Part shown: positions 41,880 through 56,690 of the stretch, piece after piece
Layout: every line of letters begins with the position of its first letter
Position numbering within the stretch: position 1 is the first letter of the stretch
From: Eledone cirrhosa
Taxonomy: Eukaryota
Reading direction: 5' to 3'
Length of the DNA stretch: 64,000 bases
Assembly: GCA_964016885.1 (NCBI GenBank)
Contig: OZ024753.1
Span: 15,190,001 to 15,254,000 of the forward strand
Program-made: the position numbers and the translations under genes
The notes under the pieces: generated by a model
Database searches by the model: none
The model's input: only the letters and a program-made list of their open reading frames with translations
Told to the model about the DNA's origin: nothing

Positions 41880-44800
41880 CTGCATTAATAATCCCTGTTT
41901 CTTGTTTAGGAAACTGTTTGATAGCAGACCGCATTAATCGTCCTTGTTTCTTGCTTAGGAAACTGTTTGATAGCAGACCGCATTAATCATCCCTGTTTCT
42001 TATTTAGGAAACTGTTTGATAGCAGATGCATTAATAATCCCTGTTTCTTGTTTAGGAAACTGTTTGATAGCAGACCGCATTAATCGTCCCTGGTTCTTGT
42101 TTAGGAAACTGTTTGATAGCAGACCCCATTAATAATCCCTGTTTCTTATTTAGGAAACTGTTTGATAGCAGACCGCATTAATCGTCCCTGGTTCTTGTTT
42201 AGGAAACTGTTTGATAGCAGACCGCATTAATCGACCCTGTTTCTTATTTAGGAAACTGTTTGATAGCAGACCGCATTAATAATCCCTGTTTCTTGTTTAG
42301 GAAACTGTTTGATAGCAGACCGAATTAATCGTCCCTGTTTCTTGATTAGGAAACTGTCTGATAGCAGACCGAATTAATCGTCCCTGTTTTTTGATTAGGA
42401 AACTGTCTGATAGCAGACCGAATTAATCGTCCCTGTTTTTTGATTAGGAAACTGTTTGATAGCAGACTGCATTAATAATCCCTGTTTCTTGTTTAGGAAA
42501 CTGTTTGATAGCAGACCGCATTAATCGTCCCTGGTTCTTGTTTAGGAAACTGTTTGATAGCAGACCGAATTAATCGTCCCTGTTTTTTGATTAGGAAACT
42601 GTTTGATAGCAGACTGCATTAATAATCCCTGTTTCTTGATTAGGAAACTGTTTGATAGCAGACCGCATTAATCGTCCCTGGTTCTTGTTTAGGAAACTGT
42701 TTGATAGCAGACCGAATTAATCGTCCCTGTTTCTTGTTTAGGAAACTGTTTGATAGCAGACCGCATTAATCGTCCCTGTTTCTTGTTTAGGAAACTGTTT
42801 GATAGCAGACCGAATTAATTGTCCCTGTTTCTTGATTAGGAAACTGTTTGATAGCAGACCGAATTAATCGTCCCTGTTTCTCGTTTAGGAAACTGTTTGA
42901 TAGCAGACCGCATTAATCGTCCCTGTTTCTTGTTTAGGAAACTGTTCGATAGCAGACCGAATTAATCGTCCCTGTTTCTTGTTTAGGAAACTGTTTCATA
43001 GCAGACCGCATTAATCGTCCCTGTTTCTTGTTTAGGAAACTGTTTGATAGCAGACCGCATTAATCGTCCCTGTTTCTCGTTTAGGAAACTGTTTGATAGC
43101 AGACCGCATTAATCGTCCCTGTTTCTCGTTTAGGAAACTGTTTGATAGCAGACCGCATTAATCGTCCCTGTTTCTCGTTTAGGAAACTGTTTGATAGCAG
43201 ACTGCATTAATAATCCCTGTTTCTCGTTTAGGAAACTGTTTGATAGCAGACTGCATTAATCGTCCCTGTTTCTCGTTTAGGAAACTGTTTGATAGCAGAC
43301 TGCATTAATCGTCCCTGTTTCTTGTTTAGGAAACTGTTTGATAGCAGACCGAATTAATAATCCGTGTTTCTTGTTTAGGAAACTGTTTAATAGAAGAGAA
43401 CTTTAATTATCCCCGTTTCTTGTTCAGGAAACTGTTTGATAGTACACAGCATTAATCGTCCCTGTTTCTTGTTTAGGAAACTGTTTGATAGCAGACCGCA
43501 TTAATCGTCCCTGGTTCTTGTTTAGGAAACTGTTTCATAGCAGACCGCATTAATCGTCCCTGTTTCTTGTTTACGAAACTGTTTGATAGCAGACCGCATT
43601 AATCGCCTTTGTTTCTTGTTTAGGAAATTTTTGATAGTACACAGCATTAATCGTACCTGTTTCTTGTTTAGGAAATTATTTGATAGTACACAGCATTAAT
43701 CGTACCTGTTTCTTGTTTAGGAAATTATTTGATAGTACACAGCATTAATCGTACCTGTTTCTTGTTTAGGAAATTTTTGATAGTACACAGCATTAATCGT
43801 ACCTGTTTCTTGTTTAGGAAATTATTTGATAGCAGAGCGCATTAATCGTACCTGTTTCTTGTTTAGGAAATTATTTGATAGCAGAGCGCATTAATCGTCC
43901 CTGTTTCTTGTTTAGGAAACTGTTTGATAGCAGACCGCATTAATCATCCCTGTTTCTTGTTTAGGAAACTGTTTGATAGCAGACCGCATTAATAATCCCT
44001 GTTTCTTGTTTACGAAACTGTTTGATAGCAGACCGAATTAATCGTCCCTGTTTCTTGTTTACGAAACTGTTTGATAGCAGACCGAATTAATCGTCCCTGT
44101 TTCTCGTTTAGGAAACTGTTTGATAGCAGACTGCATTAATAATCCCTGTTTCTTGTTTAGGAAACTGTTTGATAGCAGACCGCATTAATCGTCCTTGTTT
44201 CTTGCTTAGGAAACTGTTTGATAGCAGACCGCATTAATCATCCCTGTTTCTTATTTAGGAAACTGTTTGATAGCAGATGCATTAATAATCCCTGCTTCTT
44301 GTTTAGGAAACTGTTTGATAGCAGACCGCATTAATCGTCCCTGGTTCTTGTTTAGGAAACTGTTTGATAGCAGACGCCATTAATAATCCCTGTTTCTTAT
44401 TTAGGAAACTGTTTGATAGCAGACCGCATTAATCGTCCCTGGTTCTTGTTTAGGAAACTGTTTGATAGCAGACCGCATTAATCGACCCTGTTTCTTATTT
44501 AGGAAACTGTTTGATAGCAGACCGCATTAATCGTCCCTGGTTCTTGTTTAGGAAACTGTTTGATAGCAGACCGCATTAATCGACCCTGTTTCTTATTTAG
44601 GAAACTGTTTGATAGCAGACCGCATTAATAATCCCTGTTTCTTGTTTAGGAAACTGTTTGATAGCAGACCGAATTAATCGTCCCTGTTTCTTGATTAGGA
44701 AATTGTCTGATAGCAGACCGAATTAATCGTCCCTGTTTTTTGATTAGGAAACTGTCTGATAGCAGACCGAATTAATCGTCCCTGTTTTTTGATTAGGAAA

Positions 44801-47800
44801 CTGTTTGATAGCAGACTGCATTAATAATCCCTGTTTCTTGTTTAGGAAACTGTTTGATAGCAGACCGCATTAATCGTCCCTGGTTCTTGTTTAGGAAACT
44901 GTTTGATAGCAGACCGCATTAATCGTCCCTGTTTATTGTTTAGGAAACTGTTTGATAGCAGACCGAATTAATTGTCCCTGTTTCTTGATTAGGAAACTGT
45001 TTGATAGCAGACCGAATTAATCGTCCCTGTTTCTCGTTTAGGAAACTGTTTGATAGCAGACCGCATTAATCGTCCCTGTTTCTTGTTTAGGAAACTGTTC
45101 GATAGCAGACCGAATTAATCGTCCCTGTTTCTTGTTTAGGAAACTGTTTCATAGCAGACCGCATTAATCGTCCCTCTTTCTTGTTTAGGAAACTGTTTCA
45201 TAGCAGACCGCATTAATCGTCCCTGTTTCTCGTTTAGGAAACTGTTTGATAGCAGACCGCATTAATCGTCCCTGTTTCTCGTTTAGGAAACTGTTTGATA
45301 GCAGACCGCATTAATCGTCCCTGTTTCTCGTTTAGGAAACTGTTTGATAGCAGACCGCATTAATAATCCCTGTTTCTTGTTTAGGAAACTGTTTGATAGC
45401 AGAACGCATTAATCGTCCCTGTTTCTTGTTTAGGAAACTGTTTGATAGCAGACCGAATTAATCGTCCCTGTTTCTCGTTTAGGAAACTGTTTGATAGCAG
45501 ACTGCATTAATAATCCCTGTTTCTTGTTTAGGAAACTGTTTGATAGCAGACCGCATTAATCGTCCCTGTTTCTTGTTTAGGAAACTGTTTGATAGCAGAT
45601 CGAATTAATCGTCCCTGTTTCTTGATTAGGAAACTGTTTGATAGCAGACCGAATTAATCGTCCCTGTTTCTCGTTTAGGAAACTGTTTGATAGCAGACCG
45701 AATTAATCGTCCCTGTTTCTCGTTTAGGAAACTGTTTGATAGCAGACTGCATTAATAATCCCTGTTTCTTGTTTAGGAAACTGTTTGATAGCAGACCGCA
45801 TTAATCGTCCTTGTTTCTTGCTTAGGAAACTGTTTGATAGCAGACCGCATTAATCATCCCTGTTTCTTATTTAGGAAACTGTTTGATAGCAGATGCATTA
45901 ATAATCCCTGCTTCTTGTTTAGGAAACTGTTTGATAGCAGACCGCATTAATCGTCCCTGGTTCTTGTTTAGGAAACTGTTTGATAGCAGACCCCATTAAT
46001 AATCCCTGTTTCTTATTTAGGAAACTGTTTGATAGCAGACCGCATTAATCGTCCCTGGTTCTTGTTTAGGAAACTGTTTGATAGCAGACCGCATTAATCG
46101 ACCCTGTTTCTTATTTAGGAAACTGTTTGATAGCAGACCGCATTAATCGTCCCTGGTTCTTGTTTAGGAAACTGTTTGATAGCAGACCGCATTAATCGAC
46201 CCTGTTTCTTATTTAGGAAACTCTTTGATAGCAGACCGCATTAATAATCCCTGTTTCTTGTTTAGGAAACTGTTTGATAGCAGACCGAATTAATCGTCCC
46301 TGTTTCTTGATTAGGAAACTGTCTGATAGCAGACCGAATTAATCGTCCCTGTTTTTTGATTAGGAAACTGTCTGATAGCAGACCGAATTAATCGTCCCTG
46401 TTTTTTGATTAGGAAACTGTTTGATAGCAGACTGCATTAATAATCCCTGTTTCTTGTTTAGGAAACTGTTTGATAGCAGACCGCATTAATCGTCCCTGTT
46501 TCTTGTTTAGGAAACTGTTTGATAGCAGACCGCATTAATCGTCCCTGTTTCTTGTTTAGGAAACTGTTTGATAGCAGACCGAATTAATTGTCCCTGTTTC
46601 TTGATTAGGAAACTGTTTGATAGCAGACCGAATTAATCGTTCCTGTTTCTCGTTTAGGAAACTGTTTGATAGCAGACCGCATTAATCGTCCCTGTTTCTT
46701 GTTTAGGAAACTGTTCGATAGCAGACCGAATTAATCGTCCCTGTTTCTTGTTTAGGAAACTGTTTCATAGCAGACCGCATTAATCGTCCCTGTTTCTTGT
46801 TTAGGAAACTGTTTGATAGCAGACCGCATTAATCGTCCCTGTTTCTCGTTTAGGAAACTGTTTGATAGCAGACCGCATTAATCGTCCCTGTTTCTCGTTT
46901 AGGAAACTGTTTGATAGCAGACCGCATTAATCGTCCCTGTTTCTCGTTTAGGAAACTGTTTGATAGCAGACCGCATTAATCATCCCTGTTTCTTGTTTAG
47001 GAAACTGTTTGATAGCAGACCGCATTAATCGTCCCTGTTTCTCGTTTAGGAAACTGTTTGATAGCAGACCGCATTAATAATCCCTGTTTCTTGTTGAGGA
47101 AACTGTTTGATAGCAGACCGCATTAATCGTCCCTTGTTCTTGTTTATGAAACTGTTTGATAGCAGACCGAATTAATCGTCCCTTGTTCTTGTTTATGAAA
47201 CTGTTTGATAGCAGACCGCATTAATCGTCCCTTGTTCTTGTTTAGGAAACTGTTTGATAGCAGACTGCATTAATAATCCCTGTTTCTCGTTTAGGAAACT
47301 TTTTGATAGCAGACTGCATTAATCGTCCCTGTTTCTCGTTTAGGAAACTGTTTGATAGCAGACTGCATTAATCGTCCCTGTTTCTTGTTTAGGAAACTGT
47401 TTGATAGCAGACCGAATTAATAATCCCTGTTTCTTGTTTAGGAAACTGTTTGATAGCAGACCGCATTAATCGTCCCTGGTTCTTGTTTACGAAACTGTTT
47501 GATAGCAGACCGCATTAATCATCCCTGTTTCTTGTTTAGGAAACTGTTTAATAGAAGAGAACTTTAATTATCCCCGTTTCTTGTTCTGGAAACTGTTTGA
47601 TAGTACACAGCATTAATCGTCCCTGGTTCTTGTTTAGGAAACTGTTTGATAGCAGACCGCATTTATCGTCCCTGGTTCTTGTTTAGGAAACTGTTTCATA
47701 GCAGACCGCATTAATCGTCCCTGTTTCTTGTGTAGGAAACTGTTTGATAACAGACCGCATTAATCGTCCCTGTTTCTTGTTTACGAAACTGTTTGATAGC

Positions 47801-50800
47801 AGACCGCATTAATCGCCTTTGTTTCTTGTTTAGGAAATTTGATAGTACACAGCATTAATCGTACCTGTTTCTTGTTTAGGAAATTATTTGATAGCAGAGC
47901 GCATTAATCGTACCTGTTTCTTGTTTAGGAAATTATTTGATAGCAGAGCGCATTAATCGTCCCTGTTTCTTGTTTAGGAAACTGTTTCATAGCAGACCCC
48001 ATTAATAATCCCTGTGTCTTGTTTAGTAAACTGTTTGATAGCAGACCGCATTAATCGTCCCTGTTTCTTGTTTAGGAAACTGTTTGATAGCAGACTGCAT
48101 TAATAATCCCTGTTTCTTGTTTAGGAAACTGTTTCATAGCAGACCGCATTAATCGTCCCTGTTTCTTGTTTAGGAAACTGTTTGATAGCAGACCGAATTA
48201 ATCGTCCCTGTTTCTCGTTTAGGAAACTGTTTGATAGCAGACCGAATTAATCGTCCCTGTTTCTTGTTTAGGAAACTGTTTGATAGCAGACCGAATTAAT
48301 CGTCCCTGTTTCTCGTTTAGGAAACTGTTTGATAGCAGACTGCATTAATAATCCCTGTTTCTTGTTTAGGAAACTGTTTGATAGCAGACCGCATTAATCG
48401 TCCCTGTTTCTTGTTTAGGAAACTGTTTGATAGCAGACCGAATTAATCGTCCCTGTTTCTTGATTAGGAAACTGTTTGATAGCAGACCGAATTAATCGTC
48501 CCTGTTTCTCGTTTAGGAAACTGTTTGATAGCAGACCGAATTAATCGTCCCTGTTTCTCGTTTAGGAAACTGTTTGATAGCAGACTGCATTAATAATCCC
48601 TGTTTCTTGTTTAGGAAACTGTTTGATAGCAGACCGCATTAATCGTCCTTGTTTCTTGCTTAGGAAACTGTTTGATAGCAGACCGCATTAATCATCCCTG
48701 TTTCTTATTTAGGAAACTGTTTGATAGCAGATGCATTAATAATCCCTGCTTCTTGTTTAGGAAACTGTTTGATAGCAGACCGCATTAATCGTCCCTGGTT
48801 CTTGTTTAGGAAACTGTTTGATAGCAGACCCCATTAATAATCCCTGTTTCTTATTTAGGAAACTGTTTGATAGCAGACCGCATTAATCGTCCCTGGTTCT
48901 TGTTTAGGAAACTGTTTGATAGCAGACCGCATTAATCGACCCTGTTTCTTATTTAGGAAACTGTTTGATAGCAGACCGCATTAATCGTCCCTGGTTCTTG
49001 TTTAGGAAACTGTTTGATAGCAGACCGCATTAATCGACCCTGTTTCTTATTTAGGAAACTGTTTGATAGCAGACCGCATTAATAATCCCTGTTTCTTGTT
49101 TAGGAAACTGTTTGATAGCAGACCGAATTAATCGTCCCTGTTTCTTGATTAGGAAACTGTCTGATAGCAGACCGAATTAATCGTCCCTGTTTTTTGATTA
49201 GGAAACTGTCTGATAGCAGACCGAATTAATCGTCCCTGTTTTTTGATTAGGAAACTGTTTGATAGCAGACTGCATTAATAATCCCTGTTTCTTGTTTAGG
49301 AAACTGTTTGATAGCAGACCGCATTAATCGTCCCTGGTTCTTGTTTAGGAAACTGTTTGATAGCAGACCGAATTAATCGTCCCTGTTTTTGGATTAGGAA
49401 ACTGTTTGATAGCAGACTGCATTAATATCCCTGTTTCTTGTTTAGGAAACTGTTTGATAGCAGACCGCATTAATCGTCCCTGTTTCTTGTTTAGGAAACT
49501 GTTTGATAGCAGACCGCATTAATCGTCCCTGTTTATTGTTTAGGAAACTGTTTGATAGCAGACCGAATTAATTGTCCCTGTTTCTTGATTAGGAAACTGT
49601 TTGATAGCAGACCGAATTAATCGTCCCTGTTTCTCGTTTAGGAAACTGTTTGATAGCAGACCGCATTAATCGTCCCTGTTTCTTGTTTAGGAAACTGTTC
49701 GATAGCAGACCGAATTAATCGTCCCTGTTTCTTGTTTAGGAAACTGTTTCATAGCAGACCGCATTAATCGTCCCTCTTTCTTGTTTAGGAAACTGTTTCA
49801 TAGCAGACCGCATTAATCGTCCCTGTTTCTCGTTTAGGAAACTGTTTGATAGCAGACAGCATTAATCGTCCCTGTTTCTCGTTTAGGAAACTGTTTGATA
49901 GCAGACCGCATTAATCGTCCCTGTTTCTCGTTTAGGAAACTGTTTGATAGCAGACCGCATTAATAATCCCTGTTTCTTGTTGAGGAAACTGTTTGATAGC
50001 AGACCGCATTAATCGTCCCTTGTTCTTGTTTATAAAACTGTTTGATAGCAGACCGAATTAATCGTCCCTTGTTCTTGTTTATGAAACTGTTTGATAGCAG
50101 ACCGCATTAATCGTCCCTTGTTCTTGTTTAGGAAACTGTTTGATAGCAGACTGCATTAATAATCCCTGTTTCTCGTTTAGGAAACTGTTTGATAGCAGAC
50201 TGCATTAATCGTCCCTGTTTCTCGTTTAGGAAACTGTTTGATAGCAGACTGCATTAATCGTCCCTGTTTCTTGTTTAGGAAACTGTTTGATAGCAGACCG
50301 AATTAATAATCCCTGTTTCTTGTTTAGGAAACTGTTTGATAGCAGACCGCATTAATCGTCCCTGGTTCTTGTTTACGAAACTGTTTGATAGCAGACCGCA
50401 TTAATCATCCCTGTTTCTTGTTTAGGAAACTGTTTAATAGAAGAGAACTTTAATTATCCCCGTTTCTTGTTCTGGAAACTGTTTGATAGTACACAGCATT
50501 AATCGTCCCTGTTTCTTGTTTAGGAAACTGTTTGATAGCAGACCGCATTAATCGTCCCTGGTTCTTGTTTAGGAAACTGTTTGATAGCAGACCGCATTTA
50601 TCGTCCCTGGTTCTTGTTTAGGAAACTGTTTCATAGCAGACCGCATTAATCGTCCCTGTTTCTTGTGTAGGAAACTGTTTGATAACAGACCGCATTAATC
50701 GTCCCTGTTTCTTGTTTACGAAACTGTTTGATAGCAGACCGCATTAATCGCCTTTGTTTCTTGTTTAGGAAATTTTTGATAGTACACAGCATTAATCGTA

Positions 50801-51000
50801 CCTGTTTCTTGTTTAGGAAATTATTTGATAGCAGAGCGGATTAATCGTACCTGTTTCTTGTTTAGGAAATTATTTGATAGCAGAGCGCATTAATCGTCCC
50901 TGTTTCTTGTTTAGGAAACTGTTTCATAGCAGACCCCATTAATAATCCCTGTGTCTTGTTTAGTAAACTGTTTGATAGCAGACCGCATTAATCGTCCCTG
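41880..51000. repeat. Four imperfect copies of a >1-kb block with variable spacing, plus a duplicated ~1-kb tail (~47000-48050 / ~49960-51000)
   Basis: The 1-nt deletion AGATGCATT occurs at ~42024, 44275, 45891 and 48729. Each is followed by ATCGACCC, GTCTGAT, AATTGTCC and CTGTTCGAT (~42942, 45095, 46711, 49695). Confidence 0.85.
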
Positions 51001-54000
51001 TTTCTTGTTTAGGAAACTGTTTGATAGAAGACAGCATTATAGTCCCTGTTTCTTGTTTAGGAAACTGTTTGATAGCAGACTGCATTAATAATCCCGGTTT
51101 CTTGTTTAGGAAACTGTTTGACAGACTGCATTAATCATCCCTGTTTCTTGTTTAGGAAACTGTTTGATAGCAGACTGCATTAATCATCCCTGTTTCTTGT
51201 TTAGGAAACTGTTTGATAGCAGACCGCATTAATCGTCCCTGGTTCTTGTTTATGAAACTGTTTGATAGTAGACCCCATTAATAATCCCTGTTTCTTGTTT
51301 AGGAAACTGTTTGATAGCAGACCGCATTAATCGTCCCTGTTTCTTGTTTAGGAAACTGTTTGATAGCAGACCCCATTAATAATCCCCGTTTCTTGTTTAG
51401 GAAACTGTTTGATAGCAGACCGCATTAATCGTCCCTGGTTCTTGTTTAGGAAACTGTTTGATAGCAGACTGCATTAATCATCCCTGTTTCTTGTTTAGGA
51501 AACTGTTTGATAGAAGACAGCATTAATCGTCCCTGTTTCTTGTTTAGGAAACTGTTTGATAGCAGACCGCATTAATCGTCCCTGGTTCTTGTTTAGAAAA
51601 CTGTTTGACACCAGACTGCATTAATCATCCCTGTTTCTTGTTTAGGAAACTGTTTGATAGAAGACAGCATTAATCGTCCCTGGTTCTTGTTTAGGAAACT
51701 GTTTGATAGCAGACCGCATAAATCGTCCCTGTTTCTTGTTTAGGAAACTGTTTGATAGTAGACAGCATTAATCGTCCCTGTTTCTTGTTTAGGAAACTGT
51801 TTGATAGTAGACAGCATTAATCGTCCCTGTTTCTTGTTTAGGAAACTGTTTGATAATAGACAGTATTAATCGTCACTGTTTCTTGTTTAGGAAACTGTTT
51901 GATAGTAGACAGCATTAATTGTCCCTGGTTCTTGTTTAGGAAACTGTTTGATAGCAGACCGCATTAATCGTCCCTGGTTCTTGTTTACGAAACTGTTTAA
52001 TAGAAGACTGCATTAATAATCCCTGTTTCTTGTTTACGAAACTGTTTGATAGCAGACCGCATTAATCGTCCCTGGTTCTTGTTTAGGAAACTGTTTGATA
52101 GCAGACTGCATTAATCGTCCCTGGTTCTTGTTTACGAAACTGTTTGATAGCAGACCGCATTAATCGTCCCTGGTTCTTGTTTAGGAAACTGTTTGATAGC
52201 AAACCGCATTAATCGTCCCTGTTTCTTGTTTAGGAAACTGTTTGATAGCAGACTGCATTAATCGTCCCTGGTTCTTGTTTAGGAAACTGTTTGATAGCAG
52301 ACCGCATTAATCGTCCCTGGTTCTTGTTTACGAAACTGTTTGATAGCAGACCGCATTAATCGTCCCTGGTTCTTGATTACGAAACTGTTTGATAGCAGAC
52401 TGCATTAATCGTCCCTGGTTCTTGTTTAGGAAACTGTTTGATAGCAGACCGCATTAATCGTCCCTGGTTCTTGTTTACGAAACTGTTTTATAGCAGACTG
52501 CATTAATAATCCCTGTTTCTTGTTTACGAAAATGTTTGATAGCAGACCGCATTAATCATCCTTGTTTCTTGTTTAGGAAACTGTTTGAAAGCAGACCGCA
52601 TTAATCATCCCTGTTCTTGTTTAGGAAACTGTTTGATAGCAGACCGCATTAATCATCCCTGTTTCTTGTTTACGAAACTGTTTGATAGCAGACTGCATTA
52701 ATCGTCCCTGGTTCTTGTTTAGGAAACTGTTTGATAGCAGACCGCATTAATCATCCCTGTTTCTTGTTTAGGAAACCGTTTGATAGCAGACCGCATTAAT
52801 CGTCCCTGGTTCTTGTTTAGGAAACTGTTTGATAGCAGACCGCATTAATCATCCCTGTTTCTTGTTTAGAAAACCGTTTGATAGCAGACCGCATTAATCG
52901 TCCCTGGTTCCTGTTTAGGAAACTGTTTGATAGCAGACCGCATTAATCATCCCTGTTTCTTATTTAGGAAACTGTTTGATAGCAGACCGCATTAATCGTC
53001 CCTGGTTCTTGTTTAGGAAACTGTTTCATAGCAGACCGCATTAATCGTCCCTGTTTCTTGTTTAGGAAACTATTTGATAGCAGACCGAATTAATAATCCC
53101 TGTTTCTTCTTTAGGAAACTGTTTGATAGCAGACCGCGTTAATCATCCCTGTTTCTTATTTAGGAAACTGTTTGATAGCAGACCGAATTAATCGTCCCTG
53201 TTTCTTGATTAGGAAACTGTTTGATAGCAGACCGCATTAATCGTCCCTGTTTCTTGTTTAGGAAACTTTTTGATAACAGACCGCATTAATCGTCCCTGTT
53301 TCTTGTTTAGGAAACTGTTTGATAGCAGACCGCATTAATCGTCCCTGGTTCTTGTTTAGGAAACTGTTTGATAGCAGACCGCATTAATCGTCCCTGTTTC
53401 TTGTTTAGGAAACTTTTTGATAACAGACCGCATTAATCGTCCCTGTTTCTTGTTTAGGAAACTGTTTGATAGCAGACCGCATTAATCGTCCCTGGTTCTT
53501 GTTTAGGAAACTGTTTGATAGCAGACTGCTTTAATAATCCCTGTTTCTTGTTTAGGAAACTGTTTCATAGCAGACCGCATTAATCGTCCCTGTTTCTTGT
53601 TTAGGAAACTGTTTGATAGCAGACCGAATTAATCGTCCCTGTTTCTTGATTAGGAAACTGTTTGATAGCAGACTGCATTAATAATCCCTGTTTCTTGTTT
53701 AGGAAACTGTTTCATAGCAGACCGCATTAATCGTCCCTGTTTCTTGTTTAGGAAACTGTTTGATAGCAGACCGAATTAATCGTCCCTGTTTCTTGATTAG
53801 GAAACTGTTTGATAGCAGACCGCATTAATCGTCCCTGTTTCTTGTTTAGGAAACTGTTTCATAGCAGACCGCATTAATCGTCACTGTTTCTTGATTAGGA
53901 AACTGTTTGATAGCAGACCGCATTAATCGTCCCTGTTTCTTGTTTAGGAAACTGTTTGATAGCAGACCGCATTAATCGTCCCTGTTTCTTGATTAGGAAA

Positions 54001-56099
54001 CTGTTTGATAGCAGACCGCATTAATCGTCCCTGTTTCTTGATTAGGAAACTTTTTGATAGCAGACCGCATTAATCGTCACTGTTTCTTGTTTAGGAAACT
54101 GTTTGATAGCAGACCGCATTAATCGTCCCTGTTTCTTATTTAGGAAACTGTTTGATAGCAGACCGCATTAATCGTCCCTGGTTCTTGTTTAGGAAACTGT
54201 TTGATAGCAGACCGCATTAATCGACCCTGTTTCTTGTTTAGGAAACTGTTTGATAGCAGACCGCATTAATCGTCCCTGTTTCTTGTTTAGGAAACTGTTT
54301 GATAGCAGACCGCATTAATCGTCCCTGGTTCTTGTTTAGGAAACTGTTTCATAGCAGACCGCATTAATAATCCCTGTTTCTTGTTTAGAAAACTGTTTGA
54401 TAGCAGACCGAATTAATCGTCCCTGTTTCTTGATTAGGAAACTGTTTGGTAGCAGACCGCATTAATCGTCCCCGGTTCTTGTTTAGGAAACTGTTTGATA
54501 GCAGACCGCATTAATCGTCCCTGGTTCTTGTTTAGGAAACTGTTTGATAGCAGACCGAATTAATCGTCCCTGTTTCTTGATTAGGAAACTGTTTGATAGC
54601 AGACCGCATTAATCGTCCCCGGTTCTTGTTTAGGAAACTGTTTGATAGCAGACCGCATTAATCGTCCCTGTTTCTTGATTAGGAAACTGTTTGATAGCAG
54701 ACCGCATTAATCATCCCTGGTTCTTGTTTAGGAAACTGTTTGATAGCAGACCGAATTAATCGTCCCTGTTTCTTGATTAGGAAACTGTTTGATAGCAGAC
54801 CGCATTAATCGTCCCTGTTTCTTGATTAGGAAACTGTTTGATAGCAGACCGCATTAATCGTCCCCGGTTCTTGTTTAGGAAACTGTTTGATAGCAGACCG
54901 CATTAATCGTCCCTGTTTCTTGATTAGGAAACTGTTTGATAGCAGACCGCATTAATCGTCCCCGGTTCTTGTTTAGGAAACTGTTTGATAGCAGACCGCA
55001 TTAATCGTCCCTGGTTCTTGTTTAGGAAACTGTTTGATAGCAGACCGCATTAATCGTCCCTGTTTCTTGATTAGGAAACTGTTTGATAGCAGACCGCATT
55101 AATCGTCCCCGGTTCTTGTTTAGGAAACTGTTTAATAGCAGACCGAATTAATCGTCCCTGTTTCTTGATTAGGAAACTGTTTGATAGCAGACCGCATTAA
55201 TCGTCCCTGTTTCTTGTTTAGGAAACTGTTTGATAGCAGACCGCATTAATCGTCCCCGGTTCTTGTTTAGGAAACTGTTTGATAGCAGACCGAATTAATC
55301 GTCCCTGTTTCTTGATTAGGAAACTGTTTGATAGCAGACCGCATTAATCGTCCCTGTTTCTTGTTTAGGAAACTGTTTGATAGCAGACCGCATTAATCGT
55401 CCCCGGTTCTTGTTTAGGAAACTGTTTGATAGCAGACCGAATTAATCGTCCCTGTTTCTTGATTAGGAAACTGTTTGATAGCAGACCGCATTAATCGTCC
55501 CTGTTTCTTGTTTAGGAAACTGTTTGATAGCAGACCGAATTAATCGTCCCTGTTTCTTGATTAGGAAACTGTTTGATAGCAGACCGCATTAATCGTCCCT
55601 GTTTCTTGTTTAGGAAACTGTTTGATAGCAGACCGAATTAATCGTCCCTGTTTCTTGATTAGGAAACTGTTTAATAGCAGACCGCATTAATCGTCCCTGG
55701 TTCTTGTTTAGGAAACTGGTTGATAGCAGACCGAATTAATCGTCCCTGTTTCTTGATTAGGAAACTGTTTGATAGCAGACTGCATTAATAATCCCTGTTT
55801 CTTGTTTAGGAAACTGTTTGATAGCAGACCGCATTAATCGTCCCTGGTTCTTGTTTAGGAAACTGTTTGATAGCAGACCGAATTAATCGTCCCTGTTTCT
55901 TGATTAGGAAAAAGTTTGATAGCAGACTGCATTAATCGTCCCTGTTTCTTGTTTAGGAAACTGTTTGATAGCAGACCGCATTAATCGTCCCCGTTTCTTG
56001 TTTAGGAAACTGTTTGATAGCAGACCGAATTAATCGTCCCTGTTTCTTGATTAGGAAACTGTTTGATAGCAGACCGCATTAATCGTCCCTGTTTCTTGA

Positions 56100-56690
56100 T
56101 TAGGAAACTGTTTGATAGCAGACCGAATTAATCGTCCCTGTTTCTTGATTAGGAAACTTTTTGATAGCAGACCGAATTAATCGTCCCTGTTTCTTGATTA
56201 GGAAACTGTTTGATAGCAGACCGAATTAATCGTCCCTGTTTCTTGATTAGGAAACTGTTTGATAGCAGACCGAATTAATCGTCCCTGTTTCTTGATTAGG
56301 AAACTGTTTGATAGCAGACCGAATTAATCGTCCCTGTTTCTTGATTAGGAAACTGTTTGATAGCAGACCGAATTAATCGTCCCTGTTTCTTGATTAGGAA
56401 ACTGTTTGATAGCAGACCGAATTAATCGTACCTGTTTCTTGATTAGGAAACTGTTTGATAGCAGACCGAATTAATCGTCCCTGTTTCTTGATTAGGAAAC
56501 TGTTTGATAGCAGACCGAATTAATCGTCCCTGTTTCTTGATTAGGAAACTGTTTGATAGCAGACCGAATTAATCGTCCCTGTTTCTTGATTAGGAAACTG
56601 TTTGATAGCAGACCGAATTAATCGTCCCTGTTTCTTGATTAGGAAACTGTTTGATAGCAGACCGAATTAATCGTCCCTGTTTCTTGTGAA
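56100..56690. repeat. Run of ~12 nearly identical CCGAATTAAT...TTGATTAGG variant monomers
   Basis: Consecutive units all carry both the GAATT and TTGATTAG substitutions. Confidence 0.9.
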
